Made by a program: the position numbers and the translations under genes. Below, one piece after another: positions 29,504-38,792 of a stretch of DNA of 64,000 bases. The DNA is from Paludibacteraceae bacterium (GTDB lineage Bacteria; Bacteroidota; Bacteroidia; Bacteroidales; Paludibacteraceae). The stretch is taken from positions 691-64,690 of the forward strand of contig JAZQQY010000038.1 in NCBI GenBank assembly GCA_045629285.1, in the 5' to 3' direction. The notes under the pieces are model-generated. The model made no database searches, was not told the origin of the DNA, and saw only the letters and a list, made by a program, of their open reading frames with translations. The first letter of the stretch is position 1, and each line of letters starts with the position of its first letter.

Positions 29504-30910
29504 ATGAAGAATTTAATATACATACTGAATGTCATGATGATTCTTATCTTCGCTTCGTGCAAAGACGAGAATTCTTTCATGTCTGTCGACGACGAGCCAT
29601 GTTATTCAATCTTGATTTCAGCTCCTGGGGCCGACGCCACTCGTGCCACTTACAAGGAAGAAGGTGAGGATTTAGCTGTTGTGTGGGAGAAAGGTGATGT
29701 AATCTACGTCGGAGATTATGAGTTTGTGTACAAGGGGATGCAGGGAAACGACGCCCTATTTTTCCATTACGGAGAAATCGCTAATGCCGCTGGCTGGACG
29801 GGAACAGTATCGTATGGTTCTACTGTAGATTTGAAGTCTCAATTCCAGAAGAAGAATAACACTTGTGGGGAGCATTTGGTGGCAAATGTCACAAACATCG
29901 ATTTGACTAACAAGCCAACAATACCACTTCTTCCAGCAGATAATATGAGTCTGCTTCATGTTAGGGTAAAAGCTCCTGTTATGTTGCTAGGAAGCTCCAT
30001 GATGAAGGTTGAAGGATTGGATAAGAGCGACGTCTATACAGTCACTTTGGGAAATGACCCCAGCCATGTGTTTGCGGATAAAGATGAGCCGATTGATGTA
30101 TATGTTGCTATGCAAGCGGACAAGGTAATCAGCGGAACTCTCAAATTCAATTTTTATGTTTATGATGAACTATTAAAGAGTGCAGAAAAAGGAGATGAGT
30201 ACCACTTCTATGTAAGATGCAATAATGTGATAACTCCTGTAAACAATGAGGTGTTGAAGGTGGTATTGCCATCTAAACCAACCCACGTCGCTCTACAGCT
30301 TGGATTGCCAAGCGGAGCAAAGTGGGCGACGATGAATGTCGGAGCGACAAAAGAGGAAGAACCTGGAGAATACTATGCTTGGGGTGAGATAGAACCTGCT
30401 CCTGGGAAAAATTATTCGGAAAGTAATTGTGTAAATACTTGGAATAAAAATCCAACTACATTAAAAAATAATAAAGTCATTGATAGTAATAATAATTTAA
30501 CCCCTGAATTTGATGCAGCAACGCAGAATTGGGGAGATGACTGGAGAATGCCGACCAAAGTGGAGCTTGAGGAATTGATTAGTGGATGTGACTGGGGAGC
30601 TATATCTGGAGAAGGATATACGGTCAAGAGCAAAAAATATCCAAATAAATATATAAAAATCCCTTTGACTGGAAGTTATGAAAAGACAGAATTTTTGGAT
30701 GGAAAAACGTATCCAACAGTTTCAGGTACAATTAGTGAATTTGGAAGAATCTTTCTTTGGAGCTCAACTATTCTTACGGATAGTAATGTTACGATACATT
30801 CGTATTCTTTTGATTCTATTTATAAGGACGGCAATGTATATAAGGAAAAGCCATGGGTTGCCAATAGAGCTCGTTGGGCAGGAAGACCTATTCGTGCGGT
30901 AAGAAAATAA
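29504..30910 (+). CDS. lipoprotein with pilin-like N-terminal part and C-terminal DUF1566/FISUMP-type lectin-like domain
   Basis: Lipobox LIFASCKDEN. The C-terminal LGLPSGAKWATMNVGA...GEYYAWGE...NWGDDWRMPTKVELEEL...LWSST...RPIRAVRK is the recurrent Bacteroidales paralogous domain pattern. Confidence 0.6.
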   Translation: MKNLIYILNVMMILIFASCKDENSFMSVDDEPCYSILISAPGADATRATYKEEGEDLAVVWEKGDVIYVGDYEFVYKGMQGNDALFFHYGEIANAAGWTGTVSYGSTVDLKSQFQKKNNTCGEHLVANVTNIDLTNKPTIPLLPADNMSLLHVRVKAPVMLLGSSMMKVEGLDKSDVYTVTLGNDPSHVFADKDEPIDVYVAMQADKVISGTLKFNFYVYDELLKSAEKGDEYHFYVRCNNVITPVNNEVLKVVLPSKPTHVALQLGLPSGAKWATMNVGATKEEEPGEYYAWGEIEPAPGKNYSESNCVNTWNKNPTTLKNNKVIDSNNNLTPEFDAATQNWGDDWRMPTKVELEELISGCDWGAISGEGYTVKSKKYPNKYIKIPLTGSYEKTEFLDGKTYPTVSGTISEFGRIFLWSSTILTDSNVTIHSYSFDSIYKDGNVYKEKPWVANRARWAGRPIRAVRK

Positions 30911-31223
30911 GAAGAGAAATATCTCTAAATAGAAAATAATCCCGGGAGCCGATGCTTCTGGGATTATTTGTTTGTGGAGGTATATTGTTGCCGACAGTCA
31001 TGCCTTTTTTAATAAGTGTAGCAAACATTTCTGACAGGAGTTTTGCATCTTGATCAGCATTGAATCACCTTTTTCCGTCGTGCAGAGGAGGTCTAAAACA
31101 GAAAGGATTTCATGATAATCGGGTCGGACATGCAGTATTTATTTCGGAATTTGCATTTAATCATTATTAACGTATTTGCATCCTTTTTTTATGTTTTTGT
31201 TTTTTCCGAAGTTTGGTTTCTGC

Positions 31224-31231
31224 TAATTTTG
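31224..31231 (+). promoter_or_regulatory. -7 promoter motif
   Basis: TAATTTTG matches TAnnTTTG, 22 nt upstream of ATG 31253. Confidence 0.4.
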
Positions 31232-31252
31232 CAGTGTGAAAAATTTAATGTT

Positions 31253-32026
31253 ATGAAGAGATACATATTGTTTATGGTCGCATTGATGGCATCGGTGTAT
31301 GCGTCTGCGCAAGATACAATCAGATTTCGTAATGGTAGAGTAGAGGCTGCTAAAGTGGCTGAAGTTGGTTTAGGAAAGGTGAAGTATAAGAAGTTCAATA
31401 ATCCTGACGGACCTTTGTTTTTGCTTGATGAGGCTGAAGTGGAGTCTATCAAATATCAGAATGGCGACGTGGAGGATTTCAACCTGCCCGACCAGATGAG
31501 CCAGATGCCTCAGGAGTATGTTGCTCCAGTACGTGAGAAACGTATGATTCTACAGGCTGGTCCGGTGATGTTTGAGAGAAGAGTTAAGATGAATCCTGCT
31601 TCCTATCCATTGACTCGTCGTAGGGATTCGCCGTCAGGTCTTGCCTTTGATTCACGCTACTTGACAGAGCAGGAGGCATACGATCTTCTTGGCCACAACT
31701 ACGATGTTTTCGTCGAGAATGAGCGTCGATTCCGTACAGGCCGTGTCATGTGGATCACTGGAGCAGCTTTGGCTTTTATATCCGGACCTATTGCTATTGC
31801 CGCTGCCATCAACGATTCTCCTACAGATAGATTCGTTTCATTGTCGTGTCTATGCGGTGGAGTCGTTTTGGTGCCTGCAGGTATAGCCAGATTTTCGTCG
31901 GGTAAGGCGAGAATGAAGAAAGTGATTAAGGAGTACAATCTAGAGCATAATGCAAGATTTCAGAATTCGGCAGAGTTGAGATTCGGAGTGACTGGAAACG
32001 GAGTCGGATTCAATTTGGCTTTCTGA
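31253..32026 (+). CDS. hypothetical secreted/membrane protein
   Basis: Signal peptide MKRYILFMVALMASVYASAQ and C-terminal hydrophobic segments (VMWITGAALAFISGPIAIAAAI, CLCGGVVLVPAGIA). The track's start at 31112 is an extension upstream of the promoter motif. Confidence 0.55.
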   Translation: MKRYILFMVALMASVYASAQDTIRFRNGRVEAAKVAEVGLGKVKYKKFNNPDGPLFLLDEAEVESIKYQNGDVEDFNLPDQMSQMPQEYVAPVREKRMILQAGPVMFERRVKMNPASYPLTRRRDSPSGLAFDSRYLTEQEAYDLLGHNYDVFVENERRFRTGRVMWITGAALAFISGPIAIAAAINDSPTDRFVSLSCLCGGVVLVPAGIARFSSGKARMKKVIKEYNLEHNARFQNSAELRFGVTGNGVGFNLAF

Positions 32027-32050
32027 AACAATAGCTTTCTAATATACAAG

Positions 32051-32077
32051 AAAAGACGCGAGCGATCGCGTCTTTTT
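32051..32077. terminator. bidirectional terminator between convergent genes
   Basis: AAAAGACGCGA gcga TCGCGTCTTTT, with A- and T-runs on either side. Confidence 0.7.
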
Positions 32078-32117
32078 GTTTAGTCTTTATATCTCCTGCC
32101 TTTTATCTATTGTCTAA

Positions 32118-32936
32118 TTAACTTCGTGGAGAATATTTTTCAAGAATTTCCGCATTCCATTTTTTTCTTTCCTCGTCGAATATCCAACCCCACTTGTTGA
32201 AATACTTAATCATATTTTTAATGTGGATCAGAAGCATTCTCTTGCTCTTGTACGACGCTGCACCGTGCTTGTGAGTTACGACAGCACCCGGCCAGAACAT
32301 TGTACGGTAGTGCTTGTGCATACGGCGTGTGATGTCGATATCTTCAGGATAAAGAAAGAATCTTTCGTCGAACAAACCAACTTTCTCAAAACACTTTACG
32401 CGGAAGAACATGAAACATCCGTGATGGTAAGGAATGTTCATCTCGCTCTTGTGGTCGTTGAACTTCAGCATGTATCTGTAGTTCATGCTCTCTCCCCAAC
32501 TGTCAGGAAGGAAGCGACGGAAAATCAAGTTGGCCGGATTAGGGAGCATACGTACTGTATACTGTTGCTCGCCATTAGGGTAAAGGACGTTAGGCTGTAC
32601 CATTGCCACGTCTTCGTTCTCCGACATGTATTTTGTGATTGCCGGAATCACGCCTGTATTGAAGCAAACGTCGGCGTTGATTACAAGATGGTAGTCTGAG
32701 CCTCCAGCAATAGCCTTTCTGATTGCTATGTTGTGGCCTGCACCATAACCAAGATTCTTGTTGTTGAAGGTGTATTCCACTTTCGAAAGCCCCTCGCAGA
32801 ACGAACGTAAGTCGTCGGATGGAGAATTGTCGGAAACGTACACATATTCAATGCCGTCTGCCAACATTGAATCTATGCACTTCTGCAATTCCTTGCGCTC
32901 AGTTATGTAAGTTACAATCGATGCTGTAATTTTCAT
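32118..32936 (-). CDS. family 2 glycosyltransferase
   Basis: ASIVTYITERKELQKCIDS...VYVSDNSPSDD...NLGYGAGHN...INADV, the typical GT-A/GT2 layout (rhamnosyltransferase-like). Confidence 0.85.
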   Translation of the reverse strand: MKITASIVTYITERKELQKCIDSMLADGIEYVYVSDNSPSDDLRSFCEGLSKVEYTFNNKNLGYGAGHNIAIRKAIAGGSDYHLVINADVCFNTGVIPAITKYMSENEDVAMVQPNVLYPNGEQQYTVRMLPNPANLIFRRFLPDSWGESMNYRYMLKFNDHKSEMNIPYHHGCFMFFRVKCFEKVGLFDERFFLYPEDIDITRRMHKHYRTMFWPGAVVTHKHGAASYKSKRMLLIHIKNMIKYFNKWGWIFDEERKKWNAEILEKYSPRS

Positions 32937-33056
32937 TTCTACCTAATGCAACAACGTACGAAGCAGTTAATTTATCCCATCTTTTTGTGCTACGTACTTT
33001 TTGCGAGTCGCAAATTTAACATAATTTTTCAATTTTTCCGACACTTTTGTACAAAA

Positions 33057-33692
33057 CTACAACGACAATTGGAATTTTCTGTCTACGAAAGTGTATTCCA
33101 ATACTCCGAATCGCACAAGTTTTGCGATTTGTTTCTGCACGTCGCGTCTGTCGATGTTGTGAGTCTTGGCAAATTTATTGATTGAAAAACAATCGGTTTC
33201 GATAGCCTTAAGAAGATCTTTCTCTGTGTCTGTGAATTCAATGGTCACTCCGTATTGCATTCCGCCCTGTTCCCACATCTCAAGGTGAATGGCGGTTGCC
33301 TGGATATTCTCGTCGGCGATTCTGACGTATGCCCATTTGCGGTTTTCTTCATCGATGGCGCATATCGGCTTATTTTCCGACTCCGGGATTATCACTTCCA
33401 GCACCGTTTTCCCGTCGACTTTATGCTGGTGTATTTCAAATTCAGGCGACGGCTGACAGTAGACGTTGGCGGCCGCTTCAGCCATGTATGCCTCTTCTTC
33501 TGAACTTACGCCTGATATTTTGCCGTTGTCCTTTACGCCGATAAGCAGACGACCGCCTTCTGTATTGGCGAATGCCGAGAAACTTTTCGCTATCTTTCTT
33601 GCGTCTGAAATCTCAAATTTGAAGTCCTGGTTGACGTGTTCACCCTCCTCGATCAACGAGTGTATATAGTCTGCGGAATCTATCGGTTTCAT
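33057..33692 (-). CDS. AlbA_2 (Schlafen-type) DNA-binding domain protein with C-terminal wHTH
   Basis: EGEHVNQDFKFEISDARKIAKSFSAFANTEGGRLLIGVKDNGKISGV is the AlbA_2 signature. Confidence 0.7.
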   Translation of the reverse strand: MKPIDSADYIHSLIEEGEHVNQDFKFEISDARKIAKSFSAFANTEGGRLLIGVKDNGKISGVSSEEEAYMAEAAANVYCQPSPEFEIHQHKVDGKTVLEVIIPESENKPICAIDEENRKWAYVRIADENIQATAIHLEMWEQGGMQYGVTIEFTDTEKDLLKAIETDCFSINKFAKTHNIDRRDVQKQIAKLVRFGVLEYTFVDRKFQLSL

Positions 33693-33753
33693 CTTTGTTA
33701 TCTTAAAACCTTACAAAATTACGCAAAACGGCTGATTTTTACATTTTAATTCA

Positions 33754-33761
33754 TACTTTTG
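33754..33761 (+). promoter_or_regulatory. -7 promoter motif
   Basis: TACTTTTG matches TAnnTTTG, 28 nt upstream of ATG 33789. Confidence 0.4.
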
Positions 33762-33788
33762 TGTATAGACTATCTAAACACGGGGTAC

Positions 33789-33983
33789 ATGGCAATACCA
33801 AAGAACAGGAGTTTGATACGAGACCATAGAGTGGTTGTTGCGCTGAACGAGAAAGAGTATGAGGCTCTTACCAAGTTTTGTGAACAGCACAAGATCCCTA
33901 TGTCTGATTTTATCAGACGCACTGTTTTTTCTGAAATCATGGCCAGACAGTATTCTGAGGCTCCGACTCTATTCGACAGATAA
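33789..33983 (+). CDS. small ribbon-helix-helix-like protein
   Basis: MAIPKNRSLIRDHRVVVALNEKEYEALTKFCEQHKIPMSDFIRRTVF has a beta-strand plus two helices (CopG/MobC-like pattern). It ends 3 nt before tadA. Confidence 0.45.
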   Translation: MAIPKNRSLIRDHRVVVALNEKEYEALTKFCEQHKIPMSDFIRRTVFSEIMARQYSEAPTLFDR

Positions 33984-33986
33984 CCT

Positions 33987-34445
33987 ATGATAGATTCACC
34001 AGTTTCAACAATCCAAACAGACGAAAAATTCATGCAGATGGCCTTGAAAGAGGCTAGGAAAGCTATGTCTGAAGGCGAGGTGCCTATCGGTGCTGTGATT
34101 GTTTGTGCCGACAAAGTGATCGCATCTGCGCATAATCTTACAGAGACTCTCCATGATGTGACAGCCCATGCCGAGATGCAGGCTATCACGATGGCTGCCG
34201 ACTTCCTTGGCGGCAAATACCTTACCGATTGCACGCTCTACGTCACTGTAGAGCCGTGTGTGATGTGTGCCGGTGCGTTGGGTTGGAGTCAGATTGCAAG
34301 AGTAGTGTACGGCAGCTCCGACGATAAACGTGGATTCCAGAAATTCGCACCTGACGCGTTGCATCCCAAGACGACTGTTGCCTCGGGTGTGCTGGAGGAG
34401 GAATGCACGAAATTGATGACGGATTTCTTTAAGAGAAAACGATAA
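33987..34445 (+). CDS. tadA: tRNA adenosine(34) deaminase TadA
   Basis: EVPIGAVIV, HAEMQAI, PCVMCAGA zinc motifs. The 152-aa length is typical. Confidence 0.9.
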   Translation: MIDSPVSTIQTDEKFMQMALKEARKAMSEGEVPIGAVIVCADKVIASAHNLTETLHDVTAHAEMQAITMAADFLGGKYLTDCTLYVTVEPCVMCAGALGWSQIARVVYGSSDDKRGFQKFAPDALHPKTTVASGVLEEECTKLMTDFFKRKR

Positions 34446-34449
34446 AAAC

Positions 34450-34477
34450 GTAGAGACGGTGTGCACACCGTCTCTAC
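34450..34477. terminator. bidirectional terminator (perfect 28-nt palindrome)
   Basis: GTAGAGACGGTGTG/CACACCGTCTCTAC lies between convergent tadA and the C10 protease gene. Confidence 0.75.
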
Positions 34478-34485
34478 AGAGAATT

Positions 34486-37086
34486 TTATTTAACCATTAC
34501 CTTTTGATTTCCTACGATGTAGATGCCCTTTGTAAGCGGCACGAACAACGACGATTCTCGGTTCAATCCTATCGTCGACACAATCTTTCCGTCGACAGCA
34601 ACTATAGGCAATGAAGGGATATCTGTGTCGGAAGTGATCCAGATTCCACCGTCCGCAGATACGATTGACAGATTGTCAGAAAGAATGTCGGATATGCCGT
34701 TAGTGTTGGTCCAAGTCAATTCCATGTAGGCGTAGAATGAACCGTTCTCTTTGCACAGACCGATATATTTCGGTTTTTCAATAGAGCAATAGTTGCTCAA
34801 CATAAATGCAATAGAGATTGATTGCTCGCCTGGCTCCGGCTCGTATACCAGTTTCTCATACGACTTCTCATCCTCCAACGATGAGGTGACGCCGATGATC
34901 AGTTTGCTCATTTTATTGACATCTGTCGGCTTCAATTCTACCGAAATGATTTTCTCGTCTTTGTCGAAGAATTGGGATATCGTGCCATAGTATTTTAGCG
35001 GAGTGACTTTTCCCAACAACGTATTATCCTTGTCGAAAACGGAATAATTTGCGTAGTTCACCTGCAGGGAATCTGTATCGCCAACGATTGCCGGGAGCGA
35101 GAAGAGGAATTGCACGCCCTTTTCAGGTTCTATAGACGCCGTCTGGCTGGAAACGCTATCGCTTCCACAAAGCAAAACGAATGTGTTGTCGTAGTTCTTG
35201 CTTTTGGTGTTGAGAATCTTAAGCGAGATAGTCGATTCGTCTTCAGCCGACAAACCATAGAAGATGTGGCTGAACGTATCCTTCACGAAATTGTATCTTG
35301 CAGTGATCCTGTCGTCTTTGATGATGGCAAGAGTGCTTTGGATATAGCTTGTCAACTCAGGCATGTCATGTTCGATGGTTTTTTGTGTTGTTCCGCCGGC
35401 AGGGATGCTCAACATCAATCCTGTGGTGTACTCCTCCAACATGAAATAGACGTCGTCATAGAACTCGAATGGAGTCGGATTAGAGAAAGTGATATCAAAC
35501 CTATGTTTTGATCCGTTTGTCGTATGAACGATTGTGTCTATGTGCAACTCTTTCGAGAAGATTGTATAGTCGGACAATTTGAATCTGTTTGGCTCGAAAT
35601 CTTCACATAAAGTCCACTCGTTTTTGTCGAGATCCTTGTCTATTGTGAAAGTGTCGGTCTGCATCATGATCAAACTCATCTCCTTGTCGATGTCAGTCAT
35701 CTTGAGTGATCTGTCTAAGTATACGATATTTGCGTTCGATTCGACGAAGTCTGCAGGGTTTTCCGACATCAACGTGTCTCCGTCAGCGACTACAGCCAAG
35801 GCGTAGTATTTCATGCTTCCAGCCGGTATTTTTGTCTCGGTCACAGCCTTTAATGTAATAACTGATTTCGCATATTCGCCTATGATGTCAGTCGTAGTGT
35901 TTATGATTCTCACGGAGTCAGGGATGATGACTGTGGAGTCGGGCACTATTGAACTAGATGATGCCGGACGACTGATTACCGTTTTGCCTTCTCCCGGCTC
36001 TATACCGATTATTATAGCTTGGAAGAAAGAGTATCCGTTATCGGGAGTTGTCTGCTCCTTTTCGTAATCATGCTTGAAATCAAATATGTCTACGTCGTAA
36101 TAGCCGTTGCTTGTGCCGTTCCAACCCCAGTTGATATGCAGATATCCATCCATATATCCGTCGCAGATAAAAGCGTGTCCACCATGGTGAAATGATGTTG
36201 CCGACATGTAGATAGGACGTTTTTTGCTCAACTCTTCATGGATGATGTCGAGCCACTCTTCACGGTAATATGAGTCTCTTGACAAATACTGAAGAGAGTC
36301 GCTGTTGTATCCGAAATAGTGAACTAACGAGTATAGGAACATCTCTGAAAGTGCAGCACTGCCGGCTTGCTCGAATCTTGTCTCCACACTTCTCGCACAA
36401 TCCCACATCAATTTTGCGATTTCGTTGTTCAAAGCCTCAGTGGTGTCTTTCTTGTAGTGGTTAAGAATCAGACTCCAATCGTATGTGCGGCCTTCTGCTT
36501 TCTGTCCCTCGATTTGGTAGATGATGTCAGGATTCTTGGCAGAGTAGTGGCCATATCCAGGGATGTCGTTCAAGAGTTTCGAAGGATGCTCGTAATATTT
36601 GCAGATCTGAGCCAAGCACACAGGCACACAGCCTACAGGAGGTCCGGAACCTTCTCTCTCTGGAATGTATTTGTTGTATGGGGAACGTGTGCTGTAGACA
36701 ACGTCCATGAACGAAGGAATATTCTCTCTTGTTTCAGCACTTCTCAATTTGTCGACTGCTTTTGTCGACGCTGCATAGACATCCAATGCGGCTTGAAGCT
36801 GTGGCGGCAACACGTCGGAGTAGTTGTCTCCGTAGCCCAACACTTTGTCGGCATTTGCGGAAACGATGCAGAATTTGTCGGTTGCATCGTCTGAGAAGAT
36901 ATAGTACGATGGCTCCTCTTCCGAAGCAGAGCGCAATTGTGAAGCTGTTTTCACACCTGTCTTCTTCAACGTAGGATTCTGACAATATGCTTTTGCTAAA
37001 TTTTTCGCTGCATCTATATAGTTTTCAGCTGCTTGTAGTGGAAGTGCAAACAGTAGAAGTGTCAGTATGTGGAGAAATAATTTCAT
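34486..37086 (-). CDS. C10-family (streptopain-like) cysteine peptidase with T9SS type-A C-terminal domain
   Basis: Signal peptide MKLFLHILTLLLFALPLQA. Catalytic Cys context GPPVGCVPVCLAQI and His context GGHAFICDGY...INWGWNG. C-terminal ...KGIYIVGNQKVMVK sorting domain. Start set at ATG 37086. Confidence 0.85.
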   Translation of the reverse strand: MKLFLHILTLLLFALPLQAAENYIDAAKNLAKAYCQNPTLKKTGVKTASQLRSASEEEPSYYIFSDDATDKFCIVSANADKVLGYGDNYSDVLPPQLQAALDVYAASTKAVDKLRSAETRENIPSFMDVVYSTRSPYNKYIPEREGSGPPVGCVPVCLAQICKYYEHPSKLLNDIPGYGHYSAKNPDIIYQIEGQKAEGRTYDWSLILNHYKKDTTEALNNEIAKLMWDCARSVETRFEQAGSAALSEMFLYSLVHYFGYNSDSLQYLSRDSYYREEWLDIIHEELSKKRPIYMSATSFHHGGHAFICDGYMDGYLHINWGWNGTSNGYYDVDIFDFKHDYEKEQTTPDNGYSFFQAIIIGIEPGEGKTVISRPASSSSIVPDSTVIIPDSVRIINTTTDIIGEYAKSVITLKAVTETKIPAGSMKYYALAVVADGDTLMSENPADFVESNANIVYLDRSLKMTDIDKEMSLIMMQTDTFTIDKDLDKNEWTLCEDFEPNRFKLSDYTIFSKELHIDTIVHTTNGSKHRFDITFSNPTPFEFYDDVYFMLEEYTTGLMLSIPAGGTTQKTIEHDMPELTSYIQSTLAIIKDDRITARYNFVKDTFSHIFYGLSAEDESTISLKILNTKSKNYDNTFVLLCGSDSVSSQTASIEPEKGVQFLFSLPAIVGDTDSLQVNYANYSVFDKDNTLLGKVTPLKYYGTISQFFDKDEKIISVELKPTDVNKMSKLIIGVTSSLEDEKSYEKLVYEPEPGEQSISIAFMLSNYCSIEKPKYIGLCKENGSFYAYMELTWTNTNGISDILSDNLSIVSADGGIWITSDTDIPSLPIVAVDGKIVSTIGLNRESSLFVPLTKGIYIVGNQKVMVK

Positions 37087-37176
37087 GTGCTTTTGTTTTT
37101 CTTGCCACAAATGTGCAAAAAAAATATGAGACTTTTGCTTATTTTTGTTTCCAACGACGATTTAATCCATTTTAAG

Positions 37177-38742
37177 ATGCAGAATTTCGGTAAACTATTT
37201 GTGATTGCTACGCTTTTGTTGTCGATCCTTGATCTTCATGCCGAGTATAAATTGGTGTGGAACGAGGAGTTTGGCGCTCTAGATGCCAACGTCTGGAATC
37301 ACGATATCGGTTGGGGCAGCTACGGTTGGGGCAACAATGAGCAGGAGTATTACACTTCAAATGCGGAAAATATTTTTGTGAAGGATTCCAAACTGAATAT
37401 TGTGGCGTTGCGCAGTGATGCATATAAGAGTGTGTCCGACAGAATTCTGTATACATCTGCAAAGATTCACACACAACGCAATGTGTCGATAAAATATGGT
37501 AAGGTCGAGGCTCGTATCCATTTGCCTGAGCGTGGCGATGGAGTATGGCCTGCATTCTGGATGCTTGGGGAGAATCAGGAGAAAGGTTGGCCGTATTGTG
37601 GTGAGATCGATATCTGCGAGTGGAGAGGTTCGAGGCCTCAAGAGACTGTTTCCACTATGCATTGGAATGGCACGAATGCGGAATATGTTCACTGCGACTA
37701 TGGAAATACGTTGACATACAAACGTGGATTGGATGAGGATTTCTTTGTTTATGGGCTAGAGTGGACTCCGGAAAAGGCGGAGTTTTATATTGTCGACGAG
37801 AAGGACAACTCTCGCCATAGGGTGAATATCATGGATCTTACCACTGCGACGGTGGAGAATGGATTGGCTTGTTTCCATCAGGCGCAGTACATCATTCTCA
37901 ATCTTGCTATGGGTGGTCAATTCGGTGGAGATGTCACTGGAGACTTTAAGTCGCGCACGATGCAGGTGGATTGGATCCGCGTCTATCAGGATAACGATGC
38001 ATATCCTGAGTCTCGTTTCTACAACAATTCGAAGAGTGAGACGTTTGCCTACAATTCCGACTGCAATATGTTGATGGATAAGTCGACAGAAATCGGTGGA
38101 TATTATGCTCCAAACTGGAATGAAATGACACTATCTGCTTCTGGTGATGCAAAGAAGTTTGAGATTTCGCTTCCGTCGCCGACATTCGAGCGTTGGCAAG
38201 CTCAGTACTCATTGACGTTCCATGATGTCGAGATAAAGAAGGGAGTGAAATATGATATGAGTTTCACGATAGAGAGCGATGCGGCGTTGAATAGATTTTT
38301 GTTGAAGGTTTACGACGGTGAGGACGATAATGCATTCATGCCGACAGCCGATTTGCAGAACTATAATGTAGAGGCTGGCAAGAAAAAGGATATTGTACTT
38401 CCCGGAATGACAGCACCGTGCGATATGTCTCAGGTCAAGGTCCTATTTGATTTCGGAGCTAATCCTGCTGCGACGGTAACTGTTTCCGACATGGTATTGA
38501 GAGAGTCGGATTGCAATCCGACTTCTGTGGCTGATAAGGGGAATGAAGCCTTTAATGTGTATGCCGACAACGGAAGAGTCGTGGTCGATGCAACTGATGG
38601 TGGAGTGGTGGAGATCTATACCGTCGACGGAAGGTGTGTGATGAAAAAGAGGTTGTCTGAAGGAATGAATCATATTGATGTTCCATCCGGAATCTACGTT
38701 GTGAAAACAGGAAATATTACAACATGGTTTATAAGTAGATGA
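37177..38742 (+). CDS. GH16 beta-glucanase (laminarinase-like) with T9SS type-A C-terminal domain
   Basis: WPAFWMLG and catalytic GEIDICEW (ExDxxE). C-terminal VEIYTVDGRCVMKKRLSEGMNHIDVPSGIYVVKTG. Start set at ATG 37177 (MQNFGKLFVIATLLLSILDLHA). Confidence 0.88.
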   Translation: MQNFGKLFVIATLLLSILDLHAEYKLVWNEEFGALDANVWNHDIGWGSYGWGNNEQEYYTSNAENIFVKDSKLNIVALRSDAYKSVSDRILYTSAKIHTQRNVSIKYGKVEARIHLPERGDGVWPAFWMLGENQEKGWPYCGEIDICEWRGSRPQETVSTMHWNGTNAEYVHCDYGNTLTYKRGLDEDFFVYGLEWTPEKAEFYIVDEKDNSRHRVNIMDLTTATVENGLACFHQAQYIILNLAMGGQFGGDVTGDFKSRTMQVDWIRVYQDNDAYPESRFYNNSKSETFAYNSDCNMLMDKSTEIGGYYAPNWNEMTLSASGDAKKFEISLPSPTFERWQAQYSLTFHDVEIKKGVKYDMSFTIESDAALNRFLLKVYDGEDDNAFMPTADLQNYNVEAGKKKDIVLPGMTAPCDMSQVKVLFDFGANPAATVTVSDMVLRESDCNPTSVADKGNEAFNVYADNGRVVVDATDGGVVEIYTVDGRCVMKKRLSEGMNHIDVPSGIYVVKTGNITTWFISR

Positions 38743-38792
38743 TTGATATTTATTTTTTTATTACCTTTGTCGCCTGAAAGTAACTTTGTGAT

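Noticed and set aside
37087-37176. 5' extensions of both divergent ORFs (GH16 from 37087, C10 from 37110)
   Set aside because: The extensions overlap each other in the shared promoter region. The internal ATGs give canonical signal peptides.
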